From a virus: a stretch of DNA of 64,000 nt. This document shows, one piece after another, positions 19,058 to 28,801 of this stretch. Numbering within the stretch: position 1 is the first letter of the stretch; each line of letters opens with the position of its first letter. The stretch covers positions 1 through 64,000 of IMG/VR virus record IMGVR_UViG_3300032322_001315; one strand, 5' to 3'. The notes beneath the pieces are model-generated. The model worked only from the letters and a program-made list of their open reading frames with translations, did not search any database and was not told the origin of the DNA. The translations under genes were made by a program, and so were the position numbers.

Positions 19058-19665
19058 GTTAGTATTCCTTTTGCTTTTTCGTAATGCGATTTTCTTTCAT
19101 CGAGACCAATTGTACCACCATTGATTTTCTTTGTCATTGATACAATATCATTTGCATCACATGTTGCATTTAGATTATTTTTCTTCCAATACCAGCAAGC
19201 AGATTCTATTGCACCATCTAGAGTCTCGCAATAACCAACAGTATCATCTAATGTTTTACCAATAGATTTAGCAAACAGAGAGTAGTTATCTTTTCCTGTT
19301 AGTTGAATTGCTCCACGACCTCTGTATCGATATCCTTCACCTGATGCTTCTGCGCCATTTCCCATGCGACTTGCATAAACTCTATTTGCAATCTTTTCTG
19401 GTTGTCTTTCATATAGTGTTGCAATAGCATCAGTTGTGAAGTATTTTGGAAATGTTGCTCTCAGTCCTTTTGCACCATAGTTTAAGTTTTCTTTTAAAAC
19501 GGTAAAGTCAGCAGATTCATGTCCACATTGTGCAAGAAATCCTGCGATTCTATTTACTGTATTAATTTCATATTTCGGTAATAGTTTTGATAAAGTCTCA
19601 AAAAGAGGTCCTACATTTTTGTTTCTTGTAAGTATCTTCGCTAGTTTTTCTTGTGTTAAAATCAT
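19054..19665 (-). CDS. GH19 (chitinase-like) endolysin
   Basis: FLAQCGHES, ENLNY, YRGRGAIQLTG..NY, TKKINGG. Confidence 0.92.
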   Translation of the reverse strand: MILTQEKLAKILTRNKNVGPLFETLSKLLPKYEINTVNRIAGFLAQCGHESADFTVLKENLNYGAKGLRATFPKYFTTDAIATLYERQPEKIANRVYASRMGNGAEASGEGYRYRGRGAIQLTGKDNYSLFAKSIGKTLDDTVGYCETLDGAIESACWYWKKNNLNATCDANDIVSMTKKINGGTIGLDERKSHYEKAKGILT

Positions 19666-19929
19666 TTATGACTCCACTATTTCGAAATGATTATCTTGTT
19701 TTTTTATTACTTGTATCCAGACCGGATCATCACCAATAATAGAATATCCTCTATGTACTATTTTAACTTCAGAATCTTCTATTGAATCGTAAATGTATTT
19801 TGCTAAACTCTTATGATTCGATCCATTTACTTTGATGAATAATACATTAGCAGTACAAATAGATTCGACTTCACTACCAAATTTATCTCTGACTATTTCT
19901 TCAACATCTTTAATGTCATCGACTTTCAT
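19666..19929 (-). CDS. Hypothetical protein
   Basis: Tightly coupled ORF in gene run. Confidence 0.55.
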   Translation of the reverse strand: MKVDDIKDVEEIVRDKFGSEVESICTANVLFIKVNGSNHKSLAKYIYDSIEDSEVKIVHRGYSIIGDDPVWIQVIKKQDNHFEIVES

Positions 19930-20120
19930 TTTAACGCTTTTCTCTTTCCTAATGGCATTAGTATAGGATCACGTTTTCTTTTCTTTAAATAGACACCAGG
20001 TTCACCTGATTTGCTTCCTGGTGGTTGTCCTGCTCCTGCTATTGCTCCAGAGCCGACTACATTTGTTGGTCCAGCAGATCCTCCTGCTGCAAACTCTCTA
20101 ATATTCTTAAACGATTTCAT
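19926..20120 (-). CDS. Small Gly/Pro-rich putative internal head protein
   Basis: MKSFKNIRE N-terminus; PTN.VG.GAIAG...EPGV motif. Confidence 0.6.
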   Translation of the reverse strand: MKSFKNIREFAAGGSAGPTNVVGSGAIAGAGQPPGSKSGEPGVYLKKRKRDPILMPLGKRKALK

Positions 20121-20500
20121 ATTTCTCGTAGCACCTTTGCTATGTGTAAATCTATAGGAATATCATCTGTTATTATATTTTTTCCATTTATAGAAAAAAC
20201 TACTTTTGGTAAAATATTCAAATATAACAAGAAGGTTTTCAGAGTAATATAATCTTCTTCTCCAATTTTATAGAATAATATTCTAGGAGTTGCTTCAGCA
20301 CCGAAAACATTATTAAGTAATATAATATGATTTAAAATAAGTCTCTCTTTTAGAATATTAGAACTTTTATACCTACGAAATAATCTTTTAAGATATTTTA
20401 TTCTTTTTAAATCATCTTCTAGTTCAGATATGATGCAAGTCGGAGAATTATATACTTTTGCAACATAAACGAGAAATGTATCTTCAGTCAAATCAATCAT
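20117..20500 (-). CDS. Conserved T4-like hypothetical protein
   Basis: Y..P.C, DL.R.KY.KRL, ERLILNH motifs. Confidence 0.75.
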   Translation of the reverse strand: MIDLTEDTFLVYVAKVYNSPTCIISELEDDLKRIKYLKRLFRRYKSSNILKERLILNHIILLNNVFGAEATPRILFYKIGEEDYITLKTFLLYLNILPKVVFSINGKNIITDDIPIDLHIAKVLREI

Positions 20501-20504
20501 TACT

Positions 20505-21002
20505 TTATTGTTTCTTTTGTCTTGGATCTAAATCGCCTTGAGGTGAAATTCTATCTACTCTATCAACTAGATTGTTTAATTCTTCCTCATCTGTTACTGC
20601 TGCAAATGCTTTATAAAATCCAGATGAGTCTATACCATAAACAAAATACAGATAATGATTTGGTGCTTCAGGCATGTGAGGTGGAGTATTTGTTCCATCA
20701 ACTTTCATACCCCACCTATCGCCAAATTGCTGTAGTGCAACGATTTTTTCTCCAAATCTCTTATCATCATAATCAAGTTTTGGTAAATAAATATTATACA
20801 TCGATAAAACTTTTGATATTTTCATCCAAGCACCGGAAGGTTCGGAGAAATCTCTAGAAAGTTCGGCTGCGATATTTCTATTAATTTCATCTCTGGTTCC
20901 TGGTGTTTCTAAATTCACCATAACTTTTGAGAGTGAAATTACGGGCATATGTCCACAGCCACATTCGACAAATAATTCTCTAAATTTTTTCATATTAGAC
21001 AC
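20505..21002 (-). CDS. Hypothetical, possible virion protein
   Basis: MKKFRELFVE N-terminus; late-gene block. Confidence 0.55.
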   Translation of the reverse strand: MSNMKKFRELFVECGCGHMPVISLSKVMVNLETPGTRDEINRNIAAELSRDFSEPSGAWMKISKVLSMYNIYLPKLDYDDKRFGEKIVALQQFGDRWGMKVDGTNTPPHMPEAPNHYLYFVYGIDSSGFYKAFAAVTDEEELNNLVDRVDRISPQGDLDPRQKKQ

Positions 21003-21588
21003 CCGAGAAGATTCTTCCTGCTGATGTATTTCCTGATGCAGTATTTGATGCTACCGTATTGGCAAGAGCAACAAGAACTTCAGCACGATAACGAATTGTA
21101 CCGTCATTGTTTGTTGTCTTCAACACATGTACCCAACCTGCACTTGTATTCGCCACGTTTACTACGCTGTTTGCAAGTCTTGTTGGTGTAACAAGAATTG
21201 TGTCTTGATTATATGTAATTGCTGTTTGTGCTGACCAAGGAATTGTGTTGTCAAACTCTAGAAGAGTTCCTGATGCAATGTTGCCTGTTACGGCTGCCGA
21301 CAATCTAACAACGTTACCTGTCACGGAAGTTACTGATACGTTAGATACAAAGAATCCTGGTGTACCACTAAAACCCGTATTTGATGATGTAGTACCTGGT
21401 GATGTGATATACATTCCTGGAACAACACCTAGATTTGCTGCGGTCAAAGCACCTGTGCCTTGAAATACAATAGTGTTTCCACTTGTTGTATTGTTTGCTG
21501 TAGTTAAGTAGATAAACCGACGGACCTGTCTTTCAACCGGCCAATGTGGTTTGTCGTAAATTGAGTCTGTATTTCCCCATGCTGGCAT
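20995..21588 (-). CDS. Putative virion structural protein
   Basis: MPAWGNTD start, T/N/G-rich, AGWV...R.RAEVLVA; AATAAATA late-type promoter about 45 bp upstream. Confidence 0.55.
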   Translation of the reverse strand: MPAWGNTDSIYDKPHWPVERQVRRFIYLTTANNTTSGNTIVFQGTGALTAANLGVVPGMYITSPGTTSSNTGFSGTPGFFVSNVSVTSVTGNVVRLSAAVTGNIASGTLLEFDNTIPWSAQTAITYNQDTILVTPTRLANSVVNVANTSAGWVHVLKTTNNDGTIRYRAEVLVALANTVASNTASGNTSAGRIFSGV

Positions 21589-21632
21589 GTTTATTCTCCT
21601 AGATTAATCTTTTGAGATAATACTCTTTCTAT

Positions 21633-22616
21633 TTATTTCTTATTGGATTTATCATCCTTCTTTTTGTTATCGCCTTTACTAACATCTGGATGTCCTGGGC
21701 GAGTTCTCATCATAGGATCAATCTCAATAGTATCTCTTTCTTGACCCGTCATAGTTTTACCACCTTTTAATACTGCTGCTGCTTGTGGTTTGCTTTCGCC
21801 TGTACTATTGTCTTTATCTGCTTTTTCGAATTTAGGTTGTTTACCATAAACTCTTGCTGGGTCTTTTTTATCTTTTTCGTGGTCGTATAATTCTTCGGAT
21901 ACTCTATGTTTTTTATAGATTGCCTTAATCATACGAGCAGCCTTTGACATTTGACGGCGGCGTTCTGTAACTTTTGTTATCGTACCTTCTGGTTCGTCAT
22001 GTAACACACTCTCACTCGGTTCCACTTGAAGTTGTTCCGTCTTTACTGGTTTTTGTGGTTTGTAAATATGAACACGTTTTGCTAAATCAGAAACATGCTT
22101 ATGTACATTTGTTCTATGCAGTTCACCTGTAGTTTGTTCTTCAGATTTAGTTCCCCAATTTTTAGCACCTTTCTTGCGACACTTAACTAAAGCACCGGAT
22201 GCGTATGCACTAGGCCAAACTTTATATCTGGACTTTACTTTATGGTAGCAAGCATCTTTCTTTTCATCTAACATTTCAACACTCTCTGTTTTTACGTTAA
22301 TTGCTTTACCCGAACGAGACGGATTAGGATCCTCTCTACGTTTACGTCTTGCAGCTGCTGCTCTTTTTTCTTTACCCAAAGCATGTGCTTTTGCTTGAGG
22401 AAGACATTTTGGTTTGCCTTCGCCTGGGTCTCTTGCACATTTACCTTTGATGTTTCCTTTGGTATCCATGCGAACCCATTTTTCTTTTCCAAACCAATCA
22501 TGCAAAGAACCTTCATCCAATTCTTCATCGTCTTCATCAATACCATATTTGGTAGACCATGGATCCCATGGGTTTACACCAAAGACTTCTTTGAATGGTT
22601 TTTTCTTACTCTTCAT
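21633..22616 (-). CDS. Modular putative internal head protein
   Basis: Basic modules (LHDWF..KPKC; KKDACYHKVK...SAYASGAL) separated by EELDE/EMLDE linkers. Confidence 0.65.
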   Translation of the reverse strand: MKSKKKPFKEVFGVNPWDPWSTKYGIDEDDEELDEGSLHDWFGKEKWVRMDTKGNIKGKCARDPGEGKPKCLPQAKAHALGKEKRAAAARRKRREDPNPSRSGKAINVKTESVEMLDEKKDACYHKVKSRYKVWPSAYASGALVKCRKKGAKNWGTKSEEQTTGELHRTNVHKHVSDLAKRVHIYKPQKPVKTEQLQVEPSESVLHDEPEGTITKVTERRRQMSKAARMIKAIYKKHRVSEELYDHEKDKKDPARVYGKQPKFEKADKDNSTGESKPQAAAVLKGGKTMTGQERDTIEIDPMMRTRPGHPDVSKGDNKKKDDKSNKK

Positions 22617-24603
22617 CGGTTTCCTCAGAAGTCATGCCTGCTTTACCAATCATTTCTTTTTTCATTTTCTTTTGCTTTTCTAATGCTTGTCTGGCAAGGT
22701 GTCTAACTCTTGACATGGCTGAATGCTTTGCACCGGACTTATCAGTTACATCAACATTTGACTTTTTAACATCAGGTTCAAATGGTGGTTCTAATGCTTC
22801 TCTTGCCATGACTTTCTTTGCAATTTCATGACCTTTCTTGATTACTGACTTTGGAAGGTCATGTGTTCTTGTGATTCCTGCTTGCTTTTTTGCAGCAGCC
22901 ATACCGATTGCATATGGTTCTCTTACCTTTTCGTCAATTTCAGTTTCTTCTGATGCAGTCTTATATTGATATGTTGAAGAAGAAACTGGTCTATTTTGTG
23001 CCCATGTCTTAAATGCATCCGAACGAGCCCACGCAGATTTCTTTTCTCTGTTCATTGTTTTTGGATTCATACCACGAGATTTCAGAAATGAATCTAGTCC
23101 TTCTGCTTCATCAAGTTCAACCTCTTCTTTGACTGGAATATGACGTTCAACACGGGATAGACGGCATCCTTTTTTGCACTTTTCGTGTGCTTGACGAATA
23201 GCATCTTCATCGTCCTTAGCAACAAGAAGATTCATGCCTACCCATTCGCCTTTGTCGTTTTCATAATGGGCGGCGTGAGTGTGTGACTTGTTCTTTTCGT
23301 CAAGTTCTTCTACTTCTTCACCTCTAAGTTTTCTTGCTGGTCCTAGTCTCTTTAATGCTCTCTTGACGCCTTCTAGACCATGCTTACCTTTAGGATCTTG
23401 TACTCTTGCACCAATTAGTCTTGTTAATGCTTGGCGACCTTTTTCGGTATCACCAACTTCATCAATCTGTTCAATGTCTTCGCCTAATTTAGACGCTTGA
23501 TACTTAATTCTCTTAATTCTTTCTAAAGGCATTACAACTTTTTTACCATCATTCTTGGTGATGTGAACGTCTTGTCCATCAATCTTATCGACGGTATGAC
23601 TGGCAGGAGATTTAGGATTTGTAAGTCTTACCTTTTCTCCAACTTTGACATGCAAAAGATTGGCTTCGTCCATTTGCTCAACGTCTTCCTTCATCTTCTT
23701 TTCTTTTGAACTCTTACCGAAAGTAGAATGAACGAGTGTATCTAATTTCTTATGAAATTTGTCTACCTCTGATTGAGAGACCTCATCTACTTGTTTCTTA
23801 GGAGCAACATATGGCTTGATTGGTTGAGGATTAGATTTAAATCCTTTTAGAAGAGTATTGCCAGTTCGCTTCATATCTGCAAAAGAACCAGGAGGTGGTA
23901 GTGCATTACCAGTATGGCTTTTTCCTTTGTAGTATGAAGGTTCGCCTTCTTGAACTTGTTCAACATGTTCATGGGTGTAAGTTTGCTTTAATGGTTTAAC
24001 TCTATTTACTTTTGTATCAAACCAACTTGGCATACTTGTACCATCGATACTATGGTGATTCCATACCTGATGTATACCATATTTCTTCACATGAGCATTT
24101 ACTGCATTTGCAAATGTTGGAGAAAGTCCGTGTTCACGATATAGAGGAAGAACATGTTTCTTGTAGTGTTCTTTTGCATCCTCAGATTTTTCATCTTCGT
24201 CTTCATCAATCATAGGAGACTTTTTTGCATATGCTGCTTCGATGAGACGGTCCTTAAATGTTTCTTCTTTATGCATCTTCTTAACGTGTTGTGCCACATC
24301 GCCTTTTGAACCATGACGTTCTTTTTCATGTTTCTTTACTTCTTTCTTGGCAATGTCTTTACACATTTTTTTGTCTTCTGCTTCGTCTTCATGACCTTCG
24401 TCTTTGTCTTCTTGAATGGCTTCACCATAAGAGACTTGTTCGCCTTGCACTTTTACTGGATATGTCTTACCTTGAAAGGTGAACATTTTCTTGCCTGATT
24501 TGTGTGCGGCGTGAGCAGCCATGCGTAATCCAGACTCTTCATCTTTCATTACTTTTTTGACTGCTTCTGCGATTGAATCCATTTTTAATTTGTTGGTAAA
24601 CAT
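22606..24603 (-). CDS. Large modular putative internal head polyprotein
   Basis: Repeated E[DE][VI]E[QE]x DE-type linkers separating unrelated basic cassettes. Confidence 0.65.
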   Translation of the reverse strand: MFTNKLKMDSIAEAVKKVMKDEESGLRMAAHAAHKSGKKMFTFQGKTYPVKVQGEQVSYGEAIQEDKDEGHEDEAEDKKMCKDIAKKEVKKHEKERHGSKGDVAQHVKKMHKEETFKDRLIEAAYAKKSPMIDEDEDEKSEDAKEHYKKHVLPLYREHGLSPTFANAVNAHVKKYGIHQVWNHHSIDGTSMPSWFDTKVNRVKPLKQTYTHEHVEQVQEGEPSYYKGKSHTGNALPPPGSFADMKRTGNTLLKGFKSNPQPIKPYVAPKKQVDEVSQSEVDKFHKKLDTLVHSTFGKSSKEKKMKEDVEQMDEANLLHVKVGEKVRLTNPKSPASHTVDKIDGQDVHITKNDGKKVVMPLERIKRIKYQASKLGEDIEQIDEVGDTEKGRQALTRLIGARVQDPKGKHGLEGVKRALKRLGPARKLRGEEVEELDEKNKSHTHAAHYENDKGEWVGMNLLVAKDDEDAIRQAHEKCKKGCRLSRVERHIPVKEEVELDEAEGLDSFLKSRGMNPKTMNREKKSAWARSDAFKTWAQNRPVSSSTYQYKTASEETEIDEKVREPYAIGMAAAKKQAGITRTHDLPKSVIKKGHEIAKKVMAREALEPPFEPDVKKSNVDVTDKSGAKHSAMSRVRHLARQALEKQKKMKKEMIGKAGMTSEETDEE

Positions 24604-24617
24604 GTGTGTCTCCTATA

Positions 24618-25019
24618 TTACCATGCTCTGCAAGACCAATATCTTGCTTTTGTTCTTGGACCTGGGTTGTGGCAACGATGTCTTGCTCTGAAACTTCTTC
24701 TTCTTGCTGGATTATTCTTTTTGATGGTCATGTTCTTATCGCCAAAGTTGACCTTAACAACTCTACCACTTGGTCCTTTGACATATACCTTCGACTTCTT
24801 AACATCACCCGCCATTGGTTTACCGAGAGGAACTTTCTTTCCTTTATATAATGCTTCAGAAATAGGTTCTTCTTCTAGGTCCCAATCAAGAGCATCGATA
24901 AGTTGCTCTTCATCTCCATCGAAATTAATTTCATCTTCAGATACTTCTTCAATTAATGATTGAACTTCCTCTTTAATATATGCTGGTTCTTCTCCAACAA
25001 AAGAATTAAATTTAATCAT
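24618..25019 (-). CDS. Basic virion-associated hypothetical with acidic N-half
   Basis: KV.FGD...RR.SFRARH.C...ARYWSC.W motif after an ISE|A site. Confidence 0.7.
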   Translation of the reverse strand: MIKFNSFVGEEPAYIKEEVQSLIEEVSEDEINFDGDEEQLIDALDWDLEEEPISEALYKGKKVPLGKPMAGDVKKSKVYVKGPSGRVVKVNFGDKNMTIKKNNPARRRSFRARHRCHNPGPRTKARYWSCRAW

Positions 25020-26767
25020 CGGTTAAACCTCTTTTTCTTTTTATTTTCAATTGTAATACCTGAAAGTCCAAATTTACTCAATGGAGTTTCTAATGGTTCT
25101 TTATTAGTTGCACCACCCAGCACACCACCAACACCCATATCTACAGCACCAGGATCGTCAATTGCTTCTTTTCTAAACTTTCTAAAAGATTTTGCGGAAC
25201 TTTCTGCAAGTTCTTTATCATTATATTTATTTTCCGCCTCTTCTCTATATGTAACATCTCCAAGTCCAGACATAGGATAAACAGTTCCTTGTTGTCTTGT
25301 GTCATATTCAGGCCCAATACCCGCAACATTTCTTAGTCTTTGATTTTGAGAATCTACCCACTTATATCTCTTTTTATTTTCTTTATCCTTATCCATATTG
25401 AACTTTGGTTCTTTAGGAGGAGGGTTGACTGTTAGTTTGGGTTGACTATCTTCATATGTTCTAAAGATGTAACTTGAGTTACTTGCAACATCACCATCTT
25501 TAACGCTATCTATTTTATCAGATTTTCTAATCATCTGACATACAGTACAATTGTTATTTTTTAATAGATTCTTAAATCTATTTTTTGGTTTAGTTTCTTC
25601 GTTTCTGCGTTCCCAATCTTCTCTGATAACATTCTTCACATTTCTATCTAAGAAACCTGCAACATGCTGATAGACTTCTGTGATTGCAAATTCAAGAGTT
25701 TCGGGTGCATCATTATTCTCAAATAAACTGAAATCATGAAAATCATCATAAAATTTGTATTTGTTTTCCTGTGACTTATTCCACTTTTCTGTTCTTATCG
25801 ATTCTGTAACCATTCTTGTCAGATTTTGATTTCTTTCTTTGCTGATTTCATTAGTAGTATCAACATAGACCATCATTGTCGCATAACCAAGTTCTTCAAG
25901 TTCTTCTTTGATTGAGTGCATCGTGTCATAACTATCCGCATTACCATTGATGATTAATGGTAAACGACGGCGAATGGCATTAATTCGATGGTCACTTGAA
26001 TGTTCTGATAACTTTTGTTTATCGAGTAAAACGGACAATGCGTATTGTGATGTAATTTCAACTGCTCTTGCTTCCGCAATCGCTTCACGAATGATTATGT
26101 CTTTACCAGAACCAGGACCACCAGTCACAAATACTGCCTTGAACTTTCCTCTGTTCACATCTTCATGTAAACCCATACCTTTGCGAGTATCGTGATACAG
26201 TTCAAGTGCATGATGGTCTTTCATCTCTGAAGGAAGACCTTTTCTGAATTCTGTAAAATTACCATTTCTGGCGTGTTCACGCATTTTTGTTGCTGACATA
26301 CCAGATGTGCCTTCAGCATCAGGATCTCTTTCACCAGCAGATTTTACTTCAATCTTATCGAAATTAAAATGACCTTCTTTACCATTATATTTGTGAAGTA
26401 AATCATGATATTCTTTTACTCGGTCGGACCCAGCAACCATAATGAGATGACGATGACCTGCATTATACAATCTTTTTGCGTGATGGAAGAATGTAGGCAT
26501 CTCTTTTGATGCTGCTTCTATGTTTGTACCAGGAAATGCTCTCTTTGCGTGTTTTACTTTTTGCTCTGCGCCTAATGGATTTTTTGTGCTATCTTGAGAA
26601 TGAGATAGAACAATATGATGTGGAGCATTATTCTTATCTGCTATTTCTTTAACTTTATTAACTAGTTTTTCGTGTCCTGAAGTTGGAGGATTCATGCGAC
26701 CAAACGCAAGCACCACAGGCTTCAAATCGTGGTCTTTTTCTTCAGAAATCTGTAAAAATCTTTTCAT
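25016..26767 (-). CDS. Cytidyltransferase-like nucleotidyltransferase fused to P-loop kinase
   Basis: FGRMNPPTSGH, GSDR, SAG.RDPD, MSAT.MR; then GGPGSGKD Walker A. Confidence 0.8.
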   Translation of the reverse strand: MKRFLQISEEKDHDLKPVVLAFGRMNPPTSGHEKLVNKVKEIADKNNAPHHIVLSHSQDSTKNPLGAEQKVKHAKRAFPGTNIEAASKEMPTFFHHAKRLYNAGHRHLIMVAGSDRVKEYHDLLHKYNGKEGHFNFDKIEVKSAGERDPDAEGTSGMSATKMREHARNGNFTEFRKGLPSEMKDHHALELYHDTRKGMGLHEDVNRGKFKAVFVTGGPGSGKDIIIREAIAEARAVEITSQYALSVLLDKQKLSEHSSDHRINAIRRRLPLIINGNADSYDTMHSIKEELEELGYATMMVYVDTTNEISKERNQNLTRMVTESIRTEKWNKSQENKYKFYDDFHDFSLFENNDAPETLEFAITEVYQHVAGFLDRNVKNVIREDWERRNEETKPKNRFKNLLKNNNCTVCQMIRKSDKIDSVKDGDVASNSSYIFRTYEDSQPKLTVNPPPKEPKFNMDKDKENKKRYKWVDSQNQRLRNVAGIGPEYDTRQQGTVYPMSGLGDVTYREEAENKYNDKELAESSAKSFRKFRKEAIDDPGAVDMGVGGVLGGATNKEPLETPLSKFGLSGITIENKKKKRFNR

Positions 26768-27939
26768 CTAGGTCTACCTAACAAGTTTCTTCTGCTAAAT
26801 TCGTGTCTATGTATTAATTTATCTGATTCACCATTGTGATGAAATACATAACCTTCTGGATTTGCTTCTGTTCCGTTATGATGTTGCTCAAATTCTTGAT
26901 GTTGATTTAATGCTCTAACTAGAACATTTTTTGCTTGTTGTAAATGATGATGTAATTTGAATAGGTTATTATAATGTTCAGAATGTGCATCTATATGATA
27001 AAGATTGTCTTGTAATTCTTGTTTCTTTTTGTTTTTATTTTTATCTGTTTTTAATTTTTCAATATCGTTATTATATTTTTGCTCTATATATTTCGATAAT
27101 CCTTTATGGTCTGGAGTCGCACCAGTTCTTACTGTTTGATTGATATATGTCTCCAAATGACCACCTGCTCCTGCATGTCTTTGCGTAGCATCATACATTG
27201 CATTTCCATCTTTGTCATGTATTTGTTGTGCGGCATCTAAATGTTGTTTGAACTCTTTTTTGTCTTTATTTGATAGAGTTACTTTTGATGCATCAACTCT
27301 TGGGTCTATTTGAAATACATCTTTATGCTGTTTGAAATTTTCATGGTCGACACCATGATGAGCATTTAGATTTGTTGGATCAGTACCATGATAAGTTAGA
27401 TGTGTAACTAATCCAATTTGTGAATTTCTTATTTTACCAGCATTCTCTCCTTTTGCTGTGTAACGTAGACCTGAAGGATTTGGATGAAATGAAACTCCTT
27501 TATCGTGGTCATCTAAATCGTCTTTTGTATACATCAAGTCGCCTTGATATACACCTTTCTTAGGAGCAACTTTAGGTAAATGCTTCAATGCTGATTTTAA
27601 TTTTTCTGCAAGACCAGGAGCATGACCATGATTAACATCAATATCTGCTTCGGTATAATTTATTTTTGGTTTTTTGTTAAATGCAGATTTACTAGCAACA
27701 AAGAATTTACCAGTTACTGGATGATGACCATATACTATCGCAGGAGAACCATCATACTTTGTTGTTAATTGAGATGAATGATTTCCAGATTCAATATGGT
27801 CATGTGCTGCTTGCAATGCAGATATGGCGTGTTCAGCACCTTTATGACCTGACTGTAGAGGTCTATCTTCTAGATGCGTGAGATGAGTTATTTGTTTTGC
27901 TTCCTGTTCTTCACGCAGGAATTTTTTAAATCCAAACAT
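26764..27939 (-). CDS. Conserved T4-like protein with ligase-like K.DG motif
   Basis: HL.HLED, KYDGSPA, FFV.SKS.FNK.PK, QGDL, PEGYV. Confidence 0.7.
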   Translation of the reverse strand: MFGFKKFLREEQEAKQITHLTHLEDRPLQSGHKGAEHAISALQAAHDHIESGNHSSQLTTKYDGSPAIVYGHHPVTGKFFVASKSAFNKKPKINYTEADIDVNHGHAPGLAEKLKSALKHLPKVAPKKGVYQGDLMYTKDDLDDHDKGVSFHPNPSGLRYTAKGENAGKIRNSQIGLVTHLTYHGTDPTNLNAHHGVDHENFKQHKDVFQIDPRVDASKVTLSNKDKKEFKQHLDAAQQIHDKDGNAMYDATQRHAGAGGHLETYINQTVRTGATPDHKGLSKYIEQKYNNDIEKLKTDKNKNKKKQELQDNLYHIDAHSEHYNNLFKLHHHLQQAKNVLVRALNQHQEFEQHHNGTEANPEGYVFHHNGESDKLIHRHEFSRRNLLGRPR

Positions 27940-27978
27940 ATAATATCAACACTCTGTGGTTGGGGAGAAGTTTGCTTA

Positions 27979-27987
27979 TTATTTATG
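27979..27987 (-). promoter_or_regulatory. T4-type late promoter variant
   Basis: CATAAATA about 40 bp upstream of the 27939 start. Confidence 0.55.
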
Positions 27988-28801
27988 TATCTAATAATAT
28001 GTCTATAACATCATAGATATCATATTGTATTCTAAATCCTAATTTTCTCAATTTCTCTATGTCTAATACCATGTTCTTTGTTTGAACAATTTTATGAAAA
28101 TCTGCTGGAGGAATAAATGTGATATTTGAAGATGACTTGCATTCTTGATGTGTGTATCTTATAGCATCTTTTATTTTGGTTGGAATACCAGAACCTACAT
28201 TATATATTTCATTTAGATTACCTTTTTCTAATACCATATTGATTGCTTTTGCAGCATCGTCAACATAAAGATAATCACGATATACTTCGCCACCATCATA
28301 TAATGCAACATCTTCATTGTTTTTGATTTGCTCAATCATATACTGTAAAGCATTTTTCTTCTTAGAAACTTTAGTGTCTTGTTTACCTAAAATATTAGAT
28401 AATCTGATAATTCTATACTTTATATTGAAAGTTTCACAATACGAGATTAGAAGTTGTTCTGCTGCCCGTTTGGTGATGCTATAGAATCCTTTAGGATCAC
28501 AATAATCATCTTCCTTTGCAGGCAGAGGAACGTCTCCATAAACAAACCAAGAACTGATAAAATTAAATGTTACATCTTTTCCTTTACAAGATTCTAATGT
28601 TTTAATAAGGGTTGTGAGATTTGTGTCAATATCAAGATATGGGTTTGTATGTACATTATAATTATCGACAGTTGAGATAAAATATAGAACATTGTTTGTT
28701 TTGACCTCATAATCATTCCTTTCGTTGATAATTACATTAGGATACAATTCACAGTATCTTCCTCCTACAAATCCTTTTCCCAATACATTTACTGTTTCCA
28801 T
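27983..28801 (-). CDS. NAD-dependent sugar epimerase/reductase
   Basis: GKGFVG, SSWFVYG, YSITK, RDYLYVDD. Confidence 0.8.
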   Translation of the reverse strand: METVNVLGKGFVGGRYCELYPNVIINERNDYEVKTNNVLYFISTVDNYNVHTNPYLDIDTNLTTLIKTLESCKGKDVTFNFISSWFVYGDVPLPAKEDDYCDPKGFYSITKRAAEQLLISYCETFNIKYRIIRLSNILGKQDTKVSKKKNALQYMIEQIKNNEDVALYDGGEVYRDYLYVDDAAKAINMVLEKGNLNEIYNVGSGIPTKIKDAIRYTHQECKSSSNITFIPPADFHKIVQTKNMVLDIEKLRKLGFRIQYDIYDVIDILLDT

